DNA from: Octopus vulgaris
Lineage: Eukaryota
Length of the DNA stretch: 64,000 nucleotides
Reading direction: 5' to 3'
NCBI GenBank assembly: GCA_951406725.2
Contig: OX597824.1
Coordinates: 55,304,001 to 55,368,000, forward strand
Part shown: positions 24,950-40,318 of the stretch, one piece after another
Numbering within the stretch: the stretch's first letter is position 1
Layout of the letters: the number at the start of each line of letters is the position of its first letter
Made by a program: the position numbers and the translations under genes
The notes under the pieces: generated by a model
What the model was told of the DNA's origin: nothing
Seen by the model: only the letters and a program-made list of their open reading frames with translations
Databases searched by the model: none

Positions 24950-27720
24950 TTTTTTTTAAGTGATCAACAGAGACAGTATTTCGTTTTCTTCTGATATTGA
25001 GGACAAAATACTTTGGTTCTTTTTGGATGACTTTTTAGGGCCTGGAATATGGTGGCCAAAGTTGAGAAGGTATTCCATCATTTCTAACAAAAACATGTGT
25101 CCAAGTATTGATGTCCTTTGGGACATGTGAAGTGTTGTTCTGTTGTCTGGGGCCTGCAGGGGACAAATGTGACATAGATGTCTGTAAGTGGTGAACATAT
25201 TTTGCTGGGTCCAGAAAGTCTTGTGGTGAAACAGGGTCGATCATCTGCCCCGGTAAGGCAAGTGCCATGCCATAGATCAGCTCAGCCAAAGTATGTCCAA
25301 CTCCCTCCTTAACTGTGGCTCGAATACCAAGGAGGATGAGTGGAAGATATTCCAACCAGTTGGAGCAGTCTGGATATGCTTTTATAGCCGCCATGAGTTG
25401 GTAAAAGCATTCGACCATGCTATTTGCTGCAGGACGGTAAGCTGTTGTGCGGGTGTGTTTACACCCAAGGAGACAAGTCAGCTCAGTGAGAAGGTGAGAA
25501 TTGAACTGACGTCCTCTGTTGGTGATGATCATCGTGGATGTGCTGAAATGTGAAATCAATGAAACACTACATTGGCGACAGTTTCTGCAGAAGTGTCCAA
25601 TAGGGGAAAAGCTTCCTGCCAGCGAGAAAATCTGTCAACACAGGTGAGCAGGTGAGTGCAGTTGTTGGAAGGAGGTAAAGGTTCAACGATGTCAATTTGC
25701 ACATGTTGAAAACATGCCTCTGGAGTTGCAAAGGAACCAATGGGGGATTTAATGTGTTGGTGGACCTTTGCTTTTTGGCATGTGGTGCTGGTCCTAGCCC
25801 AATCACAAGTGTTCTTGTTGATATCAGCTTTTGTGTGGTGTGGACACCAGGATGTGCTAGGGCAAAGCAGAGAAAATGGTATGTCTGGGTTTCTGTGGCA
25901 TGTTCATAATAGGTGGAGGTGTTGCACCAAATATAGCCTATAGTAGAGGGTATCAGTGATTGCTGAAATTTCAGAGATGATGAATTCCAGAGCTTTAGTA
26001 GTTCCCCGTCATCTTGTTGATCAGGTGTAATCTGCTGGAGATTAATGGTACCAGTGGTACGGATAGCGTTAAGCTCCATGCATGATGGTATCAGCTGCAG
26101 AATTGTTTGCACCCTTGATGTGGTGAATGTCTGTTGTGTACTGTGATATGAAGTCTAGATGTTGGACTTCCCTGGGTGAGTGACGATTGGGCTTGGCGTT
26201 GAAGGCATAAACCAGTGGTTAATGGTTGGTATAAATGGAAAAAATGTGACCTTCCAGCATGTGTCAAAAATGCTTGACAGCAAGATTCACTGCCAGTAAT
26301 TCTCAACTGAAAGTACTGTATTTAGTGTCGGTGGGTTTTAAGCGCTTGGAGAAGAAGGATACAGATTGCCAAATACCGTCAGTGAGTTGTTGGAGCACAC
26401 CTCCAACTCTGGAATCAGATGCGTCAACTAGTACACACAGTGGGGTGTCAGGTTTGGGATACACCAGCATGGTAGCGTTGGATAATGTGTTTTTCAAGTA
26501 AGTGAAAATGGCAAGTTGTTCTTCACTTGGGACAATGTTTTTATTTTTGTTTGTTCGGAATTTACAGATGGCTTTGACATTCTTGGGAAGTGGACGAATG
26601 CCATCCTTACTAACAAAATAAAGGGATGCAACTCTGAATGAACACTTGCTGGAGTTCATAACAATACCTTATTCATGCAGGCATTGGAATAGCAGGTGCA
26701 GAACATGCTCTTTGTCTGAGCTACTGGTCACGAGTATGTTGTCTATGTATGCATAGATGAAAGGCAACCTGTGTCTATAAAACATTGGAATGTCTGTGCT
26801 TGATTGCATAAACAGAAAGGCATACACAGGAATTCAAACATTCTGAAGGGTGTCATGACTACCATCTTCGGAATATCTGTAGGTTCAACAGGGATTTGAT
26901 TGTAAGCTCGCACAAGGTCGATCTTTGAAAAGATGTGAGCTCCATGTAGCGAGCTAGAAAAATCCTGTAGATGTGTGACAGGATATGCATCAGGTACAGT
27001 GCAGTTATTTAGTGATCAATAATCACCGCAATCTCGCCAATCAGTTGATGACTTCTTAGGAATGCAGTGTATTGGCTAGGATCAGTTGCTGCTGGATGGG
27101 CGGATGATTCCAAGGTTGAGCATATGCTGGAATTCTCGCCTGATGGCCTTGAGACCTTTGGGGTTGGGCAGCAACAGGTAGACTGCAGGTCTTGATGTAG
27201 TGGGTGTCTTCATGCTTGATAGGCTGACTATGGAATACTGGTCGAGCGATATCTGGGTATTCTTTAAGGAGAGCACTGTGACAGGTTGTTGTTTGCAAAA
27301 TGGTTGGGCCGACTGTGGCCATATGAGCAGCTATGCTATGTACAGTAAGCTGAGTGGTGCTGTCGACAAGTCTTCTGTGCTTGATATCTACCAAGAAACT
27401 AAAACGATGAAGGAAATTGGCTCCTAAGATAGGGTCAGCAGTTTAGTGATGATGAATACCCACTGGAAGGTGCGGTGTAGTCCTAAGTTCAGTGTTAAAG
27501 ACTATTCACTGTAGGTTGGAATCGGTGAGTGGTTGATTGCTTGAAGACAGACTGGTGTCTCTTTTCTTTTGCCTGAAGTGAAGGAAACAGAGATTATGCT
27601 GACTTCCGCACCGGTATCAAGAAGGAAATGTGTGCCTGTTACATGATCACAAATGAAAAACATGTGACTTTGTGGGTGAGAGCCAGGAACTTCCATTACG
27701 TTCAATTCCGGGCTGTCATT
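24950..27720 (-). pseudogene. Gypsy pol remnant (protease, RT, RNase H, integrase)
   Basis: PR FLLDTGAEVSII; [25 protein letters not shown] and YIDNILV; RH LVDASDSRVGGVLQQ..FFSKRLKPTDTKYSTF; INT ITNRGRQFNS..RTTAYRPAANSMVECF. Confidence 0.9.
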
Positions 27721-27721
27721 T

Positions 27722-28608
27722 AAGCTCGCAAGGAATGAAGCCAGTATGCTCCGATGGATGTGTAATGTCAATGTGCATACTCGACAGAGTGTTAGTACCT
27801 TGAGAGAAAAGTTGGACCTAAGAAGCATCAGATGTTGTGTGCAAGAGTGACAATGTGCTGGTATGGCCATGTAGCGAGAATGGATGTCGATAGCTGTGTG
27901 AAAAAGTGCCACACTGTAGCAGTTGAGGGAACCTGTGGAAGGGGTAGACCCAGGAAGACCTGGGATGAGGTGGTGAAACATGACCTTTGAACACTGGGCA
28001 TCACCAAGGCAATAACTAGTGACCGGGACCATTGGAAATATGCTGTGCTTAAGAAGACTCGGCAAGCCCAAGTGAGACCATAACCTCGTGGCCTATGCCA
28101 GGGGTGTAACCAGCCCACTTATGCATACCTTTCCTTCATTGGACACTAAACCCTGCTTGCGAAGATCTGTTGAAGCAATTGAAATTGAAACCAAATTCGA
28201 TGACTGGCATCCATGCTAGTGGAGCGCTAAGAGTACCCTACAAGCATGATCGTTGCCAGAGCAACAAACTGGCCTCTGTGACAGTGGCACGTAAAAAGCA
28301 CCATTCGAGCGTGATCACTACCTGTGCCGCCTTACTGGCACTTGTGCTGGTGGCACGTCAGAAAACATTCGAGCGAGGTCGTTGCCAGAGCTGCTGGACT
28401 GGCTCCTGTGCAGGGAGAACATAAAAAGCACCATTTGAGCATGGCAATTGCCAGTATTGCCTGACTGGCCCTCGTGCTGGTGGCACGTAAAAGAACCCAC
28501 TACACTCTTGAGTGGTTGGCTTTAGGAAGGGCATCCAGCTGTAGAAACTCCGCCAGTCAAATTGTCCAACCCATGCTAGCATGGAAAGCGGACGTTAAAC
28601 GATGATGC
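27722..28608 (+). mobile_element. RTE LINE 3' fragment inserted at the Gypsy gag/pol junction
   Basis: RNEASMLRWMCNV..GRGRPRKTWDEVVKHD, with the same 3' UTR and aaacgatgatg tail as 4258-5070. Confidence 0.9.
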
Positions 28609-30442
28609 TGAAAACGAGCATGGAATTGTCCATTTCTGCGCCCATGTTCCAAATTTTCAGTGGTACCAACAAGTCTCTTGCGAATTATGGGTAGCACTTG
28701 GGCTTTGGTACCATTTACCAAATCGATGTAATCAGCTGTTACTTTGATGTGGGGTACCAAGTGATAGGGTTAGTATCTGCTCTGTCAGAGCCTGTATCTC
28801 TGATGCCTGCTGTGCCACCAATGCATGCAAGTCGGAAATTTCCGAAGCACTGGACGACAAATGGAAAGGATTGGTGGAAGGAATCTCTGCCTGGAATGCC
28901 ATGTTGACTGTGACTAAGTTTGCCACTGGGTTGTGTTCTGACTAATTGCAGCAATTTTCCAGTTCTGACATAGTGATGTGTGATTGAAGGCTGTCAGTCT
29001 TCATTGGGGTCACCAAATGTAACAGGTTGATGTAGCAAAAGATGTTTGAGGTAGCAAATGAAATAGATATGTGGACGACATCAAAATAAAACAATGGGAA
29101 AGCATCAGATTGTGGTTTAAATAATTTATTCAATTGACACTTGCATTTACCAATGACATTATCAACTTGATTTGAGTTGGCGAAGTAGAAGGAGGAATAC
29201 TGCGTAGATGTGGTGAGGTAGAACCGGATATGTTTTGTGTCTGTGTGTGTGTTAGTCATGTCTGTTTATATTATGTGACTGCTACTGTGCTAGGTTGTTC
29301 ATGCTGAATATGTAGTTCTGTGTTGGCTGCTTGACTGGGGCAAGTTAACTGCTAGCTGTCTGCTTGTCTCTTGACTGTTTACCTGTTGATTGCTATCTCT
29401 CTGTCTGTCGTGTGTCTGACTGTATTCATAATGGTCATGACAGCTAGAAAGACAGGCACACCGCAGAAGTAATTTCTACCTATGTAGATCCTGTCCACTT
29501 GAACCTTAAATGACACAGCTCAGGTCAGAGGTCGAAGAGAAATCCATCCATTATTTTTGGACAGGACAAAGAAATTTCTTTCATGCCTGTTTGGCCAGTG
29601 GTGGATCAGACAAGTGAGAATCCTTAGATTCGGTTTCGAATCTCAGCTCGGAAAAAGGAAGTGTTAGTTTTTACAAATGTCTGACAAAAATACAAATATT
29701 ACAGTTTACAATTTGACATGCTTCTTTACAAAGTACACTGCTCAAACCATTACCACTTTGGTATCTTCAATGCCACCATCAACATAATGATTTGTTACCA
29801 GCTGACAGTTCTGTAGGCACAGTTACCTTTCCTGACAGTAGCTGTCTCAATAGCTTGCTGCTAGGTGGAGTAGCATGTAACTTTGGAATTCTGGGACTTG
29901 TTTCTCTCTCTTTTTCACTGCAGCTCACAGCAAGCAAGACGTGACTTCCTCAGCTCTTAATCTCACCTCAGAGATATGCACAACCATGAGACAAGTAATG
30001 GCAAGTAGACATTAAACCACTATGACTTGGATTTCACAGAAAATGAACTTGAAGAAAATCCTTAAACAAGAACAATAAGGGTTTTAGTCATTGTGGTGTG
30101 TGCTGCAACTTTACAGATAATAATTTCTCAATGTTGTGTATGCGACATAGTATATAAGAATACCTTGAAATAAAAGCAATACATCTTATAACCAGAGGAT
30201 GGTTGTAAGAATAACATACATATGTTCAATGCTTCTCATCCAAAGCTCAAATGCAAAAAGGGAAGATTAACTTTCATGGGAGAGTTTAATTTTGTTTTCT
30301 ATTTCTAACAGTTACTTTTAATTTAGCCCTTTTCCTGTCCTCCAGTTCTCTATTCAACTAGTTTGAGACCTTTGTTCTGTGTCTCATAAGGATTTTCCTG
30401 TCTTGTATAGAAAAGCTGTCATGCCAGTTATCATCATCAATA

Positions 30443-31612
30443 TCTATAAAGCTGAAATACGAAAAATTTGTTTGTCTCATTTGGGGATTGGAACGGATTA
30501 AGGGCCAGTAGATGGGGTCAGATTGGCTCCAAAATTTACAGAGACATGTAAAAAGAGGCAAGAAAGTGAGTGGACTAGGTTAGAAACCCCTATCTCAAAA
30601 GCTGTGGTTACTAGGGCAACAAAATCCACACTTTGACAAGTGTTTGTCGTTTCTCACTTTTGCATATCAGCCTGTCTTTCTCCATCTCTCTCTTTCCTTC
30701 CTTCCCTCTACTTTCTCTCTATAATGACGTTTGACAGCTTCGCCATCACTCTGTCACTCTTTCTCCCACCACCTCTCTCACTGTATGTCTGTCTATCTAT
30801 AGAGAGAAAGCACTGACAGCTGCAAAAGTTTAAATATTCCCTCCACAGGTCTTTTAGAACGGTGAATTATTACATTGATACATATTGGATTTTTACGTGA
30901 AAAGAGGTATAAATGGGGCTGGAAGAAGATTAAAATTTACAGGAGTGGGTGTTTAGGAATTCTCTGTTACATCAAGCTAAAAAATTTGCGCCAGCCTTTA
31001 AATCGTCAATGTGTTGCCGTCCGTCATGAAGTTTTGAATGCCTGCAATGGTGAGTCTACTGTTGTGAGAAAGAATCACTTCAAACTTGGTGTTTAGGAAT
31101 TTTCTTTTACATCAAGTTCAATATTTTGTGCCATCCGTTAAACTGCCAGTACATTACTGTCCGCCATTAAGAAGTTTTGAATGCCAACCATGGTGAGGCT
31201 ACTATCCTCAGATTCTATCCCTTCAAACTTTGGTTTCCATTATTTTTTTTATTTATATTCGGCTCGCAAGTTCGTCTGTCCCTTTTAAATGTTAGTGTTT
31301 TGCTGTTCACCTTGAAGCAGACCTTTCCATTGTCATTGCCTGATATTTATGATTGATCTTTCAAAATATTTGATTTCTCAACTTACTCAAGATCTTTTGT
31401 TCTCTATAAATGGGAGAGAGATAGATAGAGAAAGATAGAGAGTAAGAGAAAGCGAGGTAGAGTCCGAGAGAAAGGAAGAGTAAGAGAGTGGGAAAGTGAG
31501 AGAGAAAAGAGAGAGAAACAAAGAGGTAGAATGTGGCAATAAGAAACATAAAAGAAGCAAAAGAAAGTAACAACACCCTCACCTGCGCGTAGAGCGGGTC
31601 ACCTTAAGCTAG
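30443..31612 (+). mobile_element. Non-autonomous Helitron-like element (family 2)
   Basis: Starts a|TCtataaagc; ends with hairpin acctgcgcgtagagcgggt then CTAG|t. Confidence 0.75.
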
Positions 31613-31630
31613 TCAATATATATATATATA

Positions 31631-32019
31631 CTAGCAGTATCACCCGGTGTTGCTTGGGTTTGTTTCGACCCTTTAGAATTGGAATTTTTGAAAAGTAAAA
31701 ATTTTGCATTATGCAACTTGTTATTCTCTTCAAGTGAACATTTTTCTGGTTGAAATACACCGAAAAATGGTGACACAGCAGTCAAAAATCGTAAAAAATA
31801 GGGATTTTCATAGAAAAAAAGCACCTTTTTGATGTAAATAATTTTTGGTGTTAACATGGTCAGATTTGAATTTTATCTTCTACAGAATGAAGAGCAAGCC
31901 TTCTTCTATCATACTCTCAATTTTGGTCAACTTGCGCTGCAGGGTCTCGAAGGAGATAGTGTTAGTTGAAGGCTACCAAACCTGCCACACACAGACAACA
32001 TCAGCTTTATATACATGGA
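31631..32019 (-). mobile_element. Non-autonomous Helitron (family 1 terminus)
   Basis: Minus-strand end cccaagcaacaccgggtgatactgctag matches the termini at 18421 and 54362. Confidence 0.75.
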
Positions 32020-33511
32020 CTAGCTTAAGGTGACCCACTCTACGCGCGGGTAAGAGTGTGGTTGTTACTTTCTGTTGCTTCCTTTCTGTTTTTTATCACC
32101 ACATTCTCCCTCTTTGTTTCTCTCTCCTTTCTCTCTCACTTTCCCACTCTTTTACTCTTCATTTCCCTCGGACTCTCCCTCGCTTTCTCTTACTCTCTAT
32201 CTATCTCTTTCTCTCCCATTTATAAACAACAAAAGATCTTGAGGAAGTTGAGGAAGAAAATATTTTCAAAGATCAGTCATAAATATCAGGCAGTGACAAC
32301 AGAAAGGTCTGCTTTATGGCAGACAGCAAAACACTAACATTTAAAAGGGACAGACGAACTTGTGAGCTGAATAAAAATAAAAAAATATTGGAAACCAAAG
32401 TTTGAAGGGATAGAGTCTGAGGATAGTGGAGTCACCATGGCTGGCATTTCTTCATGACAGACAGCAACGAAAAATTTTGAACTTGATGTAAAAGAAAATT
32501 CCTAAACACCAAGTTTTGAAGTGATTCTTTCTCACGACAGTAGACTCACTATGGCAAGCATTCAAAACTTTTTCTTCATGGACGGCAACACATTGATGAT
32601 TTAAAGGCTGGCGCAAATTTTTTAGCTTGATGTAACAGAGAATTCCTAAACACCTGCTCCTGTAAATTTTAATCCCCTTCCAGACCCTTTTAGACCTCTT
32701 TTCACATTTTGGTTAATATAATCCGATTTCATTCGGGTCTACTTGGGCCACATTTTATAAGATGAGGAATTTTGTCCTAGAGGTCATGCCTTTCATTTGA
32801 GGAAAAAAATAGTTGCCATGCAAACTCGCCATCACTTTTCAGCTCAACCGACCACATAATGCACACATTATATATATGTGTGCGTGTGTGTACGCATTAT
32901 ATATATAAATGTATACAAATTATATATATATATATATAAATACAGATATGTACATTTTGTATATATACATTATATATACATATTTATATATAGAACACAC
33001 ACACACACACATAAATTAACCCAATAAATATCTGATTCATAATATTTGTTCTCATGATTGTGTGGTGGTGGTGGCGATGATAATTCTCTCTATGAATGCA
33101 GACAGATGTAGAGAGAGAGAGAGTGTGTGTGAAAGCGCTGTCGAAGGCGTCGGAGGAAAGATATAGGATGCTGTGAAACGATGTTATAAAGAGAAAGTGA
33201 AGAGAAGGGAGTTAGACGCTGTGAAACGACGTTATAGAGAGAAAGTGAAGGGAAGGGAGGAAAGAGAGAGAAACGGAAGAAGACAGATACATAAAAGAAT
33301 GAGAGGAGACATGTCAAAGTGCGTTTTTGGCCCTAGCAACGACACCTTTTAAGATAGGGATTTCTAACCTAGCCCACTGGAATCCTCACCTCATTTTACA
33401 TGTACCTGTAAATTTTGGAGTCAATCCGATGGGATCTAGTGCCCTTTAACACGTTCCAGTGCCAAAACCAGACAAACAAACTTTTTGCATTTCAGAATTA
33501 TAATATAGAGA
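32020..33511 (-). mobile_element. Non-autonomous Helitron-like element (family 2), inverted relative to 30443-31612
   Basis: 32020-32705 is the reverse complement of ~30895-31612. The 5' part (33090-33511) resembles 30443-30800. Confidence 0.75.
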
Positions 33512-33559
33512 TTTGCTACACACTACTTTCCATCCTTAATAATGAAACTTGGTAGATCC

Positions 33560-34220
33560 ACAAGTTAAACACACAGATACACACACAGCCACACAAGTTG
33601 AGTTTTATATATAGATTTCTCAACGGGGATTTCAGGGAGTCGCTGGCGATGTATCGTGATGATCAAAAATCCGGCCTGCTAAAATTTGGTTAAAGTGATT
33701 CAAACTGCAGACTCAACGCAAAATGGTCACATTTAATTCAAAGCGTTAAAAATGTTATGAAAACAATTGGTATGTGTTCACTAAGGCCAAACGATTAATA
33801 CGAAAAAAACCTCCAGGCTACATCCTGAAAATTCATTTCTTTGCTGAATTTCTACAATGTTTACGGCGATTCGTTTTTATATCTTGATTTTTTATTTTTC
33901 ATGCAATTTACGCATGCTTGCATGTGTGGTGAACACAGTTTACGTCAAACAGCAGACTGAGTAAAGTTCACTATTCAATGCATGGGATAAGGCCTAAACC
34001 GACACATTATCGATTTTTGCACTTGCGAGATGAATTTCGGAACAGAAATAGCGCAGTTCAATTTTCATTCGCCTAAACTTTAAGTGACCCATTTTTGGTG
34101 GTTCTACAATTTGTTGTCTAGGAGGAGATGTGTCGGGAAGTTAAACACACAGACACACACACACAGATACACACACAGACACACACACAGACACACAAGT
34201 TGAGTTTTTTATATATAGAT
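33560..34220 (-). mobile_element. Two further Helitron-like 5' termini
   Basis: aagttaaacacacaga..cacacaagttgagttttatatatagat repeated at ~33562-33617 and ~34138-34220; reads TCtatatataaaa on the minus strand. Confidence 0.5.
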
Positions 34221-34553
34221 ATATACTCTACTCTTTACTCTCTTTTACTTGCTTCAGTCATTTGACTGCGACCAAGCTGGAGGATCACCTTTAGTCGAGC
34301 AAATCGACCCTGGGACTTATTCTTTGTAAGCCTAGTACTTATTCTATCGGTTGTCAGGCAATGCTAGGGGAACAAACACAGACACACAAACATACATATA
34401 TATATACATATACGATGGGCTTCTTTCAATTTCCGTCTACCAAATCTCTTCACAAGGCTTTTGTTGGCCCAAGGCTATAGTAGAAGACATTTGACCAAGA
34501 TGCCACGCATTGGGACTGAACCCAGAACCATATAGTTGGTAAGCAAGCTACTT

Positions 34554-36581
34554 TATTTCATAGAAATTTGCCATAAAGGCATTACACAGAGTAGCTTGCA
34601 GGCTAGACATAAACATTAATGAAGTGGATGAGTATGATGAAAAATGATAAAGATGGGAGAAGGCAGAAGGTGCCCGCCAACCCTCTGCTTCTCTAAAACA
34701 TTATTTTTTTTTTTCAAAATACATAAATTGAAGTAATAACCCTCTTACAAAAAATACAATTTCTTTGGACCAAAAGTTCATACAATTAATATACATTCTC
34801 TACACAAATTAGAGGCAATAAACCTCTACACTTCCTCCCCCAGCAAATATCGTGCAACTTGTAGGCACTGTTTCAGTCGAAATCGGGAGTTCCAATGGAG
34901 GTTTCTGAAACTCTCGCCTCCACACGAGTCGATTATCACATTGCATTGTTTTCTTTCCAGCACCAGAGCAGCCACCTGCGAAGGCCACTCTGGGCTGTCA
35001 ATGCAATTCAGCTCCCTCAGGATCTGACCGTCCATCCTATTCTTGACAAAACTGTCGATAGCCCCTCCCTTGAGATAGCAGAACATACATTCCTCACTAC
35101 CTTCACTGGGAGGGGCCAAAACTCCCTCACCCGGTGGCACACATCCCACCGGCGAGGTCATATTTTCCCCACCCTCTGGTGGCACACATCCCAGCGAAGG
35201 TGCTTCAGGACATGCCATCACCGGCAATGCCCCGTTTTTCTTTTTCTTTTTCTTTCTTCCCTTCACGACGGGAGGTTGGAGTTCCTCCAGCCTCTCCGGA
35301 GAACCCTCACACACCCCCGCCATCTCAGGATCTATGAGTGGGCAACCATTACTGTCCCCCATTTTCCTCTTCTTCCCCTTTTTTGAGGAGGTTACCTCTT
35401 CCTCAACTTTTTCCTCCACTGGGGGAACAGGGGACACTTCTTCGATTAACTGCTCGAGGACCTTTGCCTGGTCCCGGCGATAGTTTTTCTTGATATGACC
35501 CGATTCCAGGCACAGGTGACACTTGCGGGATGGGGGGGCATCCCTCAAGAGTCACCGGATACCTAGAACCGGCCATCTTTAGAAAATCTGGGAAGACCAG
35601 ATCTTTGGCTGATTGGGTCCATAGGGTCAAAATTGCTTTCGATCTCACCCAATCAGCCACAGGAAGCATTCTAACATTCAAGAGCCTGGCTCTGCTGCCA
35701 CCCAGACCCCGGCGGATAGTGTCCTCTATCCACTCAGGCTCTATTCCAGGTGGCAGGCCACTCACCCAGCCTCTTGTCAATTTCCTTCTCTGATATGTGG
35801 GGAGAAACAAAATTTTTTCCCCTTCCAGGAGCTGACTAGCAAGTAAGCTAGCCTCTTTAGGGGTGTCAAACAGTAACCACACTGTTGCAAATTTGACACC
35901 CCTTGCAATATACTTGATCGTTGGTAGGTATTCTGCTAACTCTTTTTCAATTTCATCCTGAGAGAACACAGTGAGAGTGTTGAGTGACTTGGAGTATGTC
36001 CTCAACACCACCATTCTCTCATTTCGGTCCTCTATCCACTGCTTGGGGGGCACAATTTCCCACACCAGGGTTTCTTTGTTGCCATGATTTAAAACCACAA
36101 AGAAACAAAAAAGAGTTCAACAAAAGTTGAAATGTTCTAAATAAAAGTTCAGTAATAAACACAAAAAAAGAACAGAAAGACAGAGCAGGGAAAAGAACGA
36201 AGGAAGACAGTTCAATCAATGGCAACACAATTCCACAAGTCTGATACAGGTACTCCAGCTGCAAAAATAGTCCTTCTTGCCTTGGTACTCCTTGTTAATC
36301 CAGTGGAAATTCACAGACACAAAGACAACTTTCGTAAACAAATTAATTTCTGCGATGGGGCTGTGCCTCCTCAAAAAAATACAGTTCTCACTGCAAAGTA
36401 AGTCTTTATGTACGACCACAGGCAGGCAAATGTCTGGAGCAGAGTGGAGACTGTTGCTCACCAAAAAATATTCAATACAGGGCAACAAACTCCACTAAGC
36501 CCTCAAAAAAATACAACAAACACCTACCTGTAGTCAAGCCTCAAAGTTCAATATTTCACGACAAACAACATGACATCAAAC
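34554..36581 (-). mobile_element. ORF1-only non-LTR retroelement (HAL1/Tx1-L1-like) with 12-bp TSD
   Basis: TSD agcaagctactt at 34542-34553 and 36582-36593. 3' end ..ttctatgaaata(aa) forms AATAAA. Single gag-like ORF; no APE or RT motifs found. Confidence 0.75.
34826..36098 (-). pseudogene. L1/Tx1-type ORF1 protein with CCHC-like zinc knuckle, one frameshift
   Basis: ORF 35403-36098 (..TRGWVSGLPPGIEPEWIE..FPDFLKMAGSRYPVTLEGCPP) joins ORF 34826-35548 (SRKCHLCLESGHIKKNY, then KKGKKRK basic tracts) across a G-run at ~35532-35538. Confidence 0.75.
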
Positions 36582-36614
36582 AGCAAGCTACTTACCACAC
36601 AACCACTCTTGTGC

Positions 36615-36662
36615 CTGTATATGTATATATAGAAAATATATACATTTTTCTATATATTTTTG

Positions 36663-36695
<33 letters not shown>

Positions 36696-36907
36696 GTGTG
36701 TGTGTATATATATGTGTGTATATATATATATGTGTATATATATGTGTGTGTGTATATATATGTGTGTATATATATATGTGTATATATATATATATATGTA
36801 TATATATGTGTGTGTATATATATGTGTGTGTATATATATGTATGTGTATATATATATGTGTGTGTGTATATATATGTGTGTGTATGTGTGTATATATATA
36901 TATATAT
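36615..36907. repeat. (TA/TG)n microsatellite
   Basis: Direct reading. Confidence 0.95.
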
Positions 36908-38134
36908 CATCATCATCGTTTAACGTCCACTTTCCATGCTCACATGGGTTGGACGAATAACTGAGGGCTGGCGAACCAGATGGCTGCACCAGGCATCAAT
37001 CTTGATCTGGCAGAGTTTCTACAGCTGGATGCCCTTCCTAACGCCAACCACTCCAAGAGTGTAGTGGGTGCTTTTACGTGCCACTGGCACGGGGCCACTC
37101 AGGCAGTACTGGCAACGACCTCGCTCGAATCTTTTACACATGCCACCGGCACAGGTGCCAGTAAGGCGATGCTGGTAATGATCACGCTCGAATGGTGTCT
37201 TTTATGTGCCACTGGCATGGAAGCCAGTTAGCCGCTCTGTCAATGATCACACTCATATGGTGCTCTTTGCACCCCGCTAGCATGAACGCCAGTCATCAAA
37301 TTGGATTTTGATTTCACTTGCCTCAACAGGTCTTCGCAAGCAGAGTTTTAGTGTCCAAAGAAAGAAAAGGTACGCATAAGTGGGCCCCTGGTATAGGTCA
37401 CAAGATTATGGTCTCATTTGGTTTGCTGGGTCTTCTCACGCACGGCATATTTCCAAAAGTCTCGGTCACTAGTCATTTCCTTGGTGAGGCCCAAAGTTCG
37501 AAGGTCGAGCTTCACCACTTCATCCCAGGTCTTCCTGGGTCTACCTCTTCCATGGGTTCCCTCAACCGCTAGGGTGTGGAACTTTTTCACACAGCTGTTC
37601 TCATCCATTCTCGCCACATGACTATATCAGTGCAGTCGTCTCTCTTGCACACGACATCTGATGCTTCTTAGGTCCAACATTTCTCTCAAGGTACTTACAC
37701 TGTCAAGTATGCACACTGACATTACACATCCATTGGATAATACTAGCTTCATTCATTGTGAGCTTACGCATGTCCTCAGCAGTCACAGCCCATGTTTCAC
37801 TGCCCTGTAGCATGGCTGTTTGTATACATGAGTCATACAGTCTACCTTTTACTCTGAGCGAGAGACCCTTTGTCACCAGCAGAGGTAAGAGCTCTCTGAA
37901 CTTTGCCCAAGCCATTCTTATTCTAGCAGCTACACTTTCGGCGCACCCTCCCCCGCTATTGACTTGGTAACCTACGTAATGGAAGCTATCAACTACTTCT
38001 AGTTTTCCTCCCTGGAATATGGCAGAAGTTGTTCTCTGCGCATTTTCAATGATTATTGCTCTCGAGCATCTGCCACATACAAAAACTATCTTCCCTGTTA
38101 GCCTTCCTTTGATATTACTGCACCTCTTATGTGT

Positions 38135-38137
<3 letters not shown>
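36908..38137 (-). mobile_element. RTE LINE, 5'-truncated
   Basis: [42 protein letters not shown] and GRGRPRKTWDEVV; (gat)n tail at 36908. Confidence 0.9.

Positions 38138-40318
<2,181 letters not shown>

Larger units (their letters stand above)
23716..29542 (-). mobile_element. Gypsy (Ty3) LTR retrotransposon, decayed
   Basis: Diverged LTRs at 29018-~29542 and 23716-~24290. PBS tggtgacccc(-) at 29006-29015. Domain order gag-PR-RT-RH-INT. Confidence 0.9.
34226..36622 (-). mobile_element. tRNA-derived SINE split by an insertion (34226-34553 and 36582-36622)
   Basis: Minus strand: head aggcacaagagtggttgtgtggtaagtagcttgct resumes as ..taccaactatatggttctgggttcagtccc (B-box) after the insert. Confidence 0.85.

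Noticed and set aside
29924-29994. Possible exon after ttctctctcttttcactgcag
   Set aside because: Weak donor and no recognisable coding signal; cannot be supported without transcripts.
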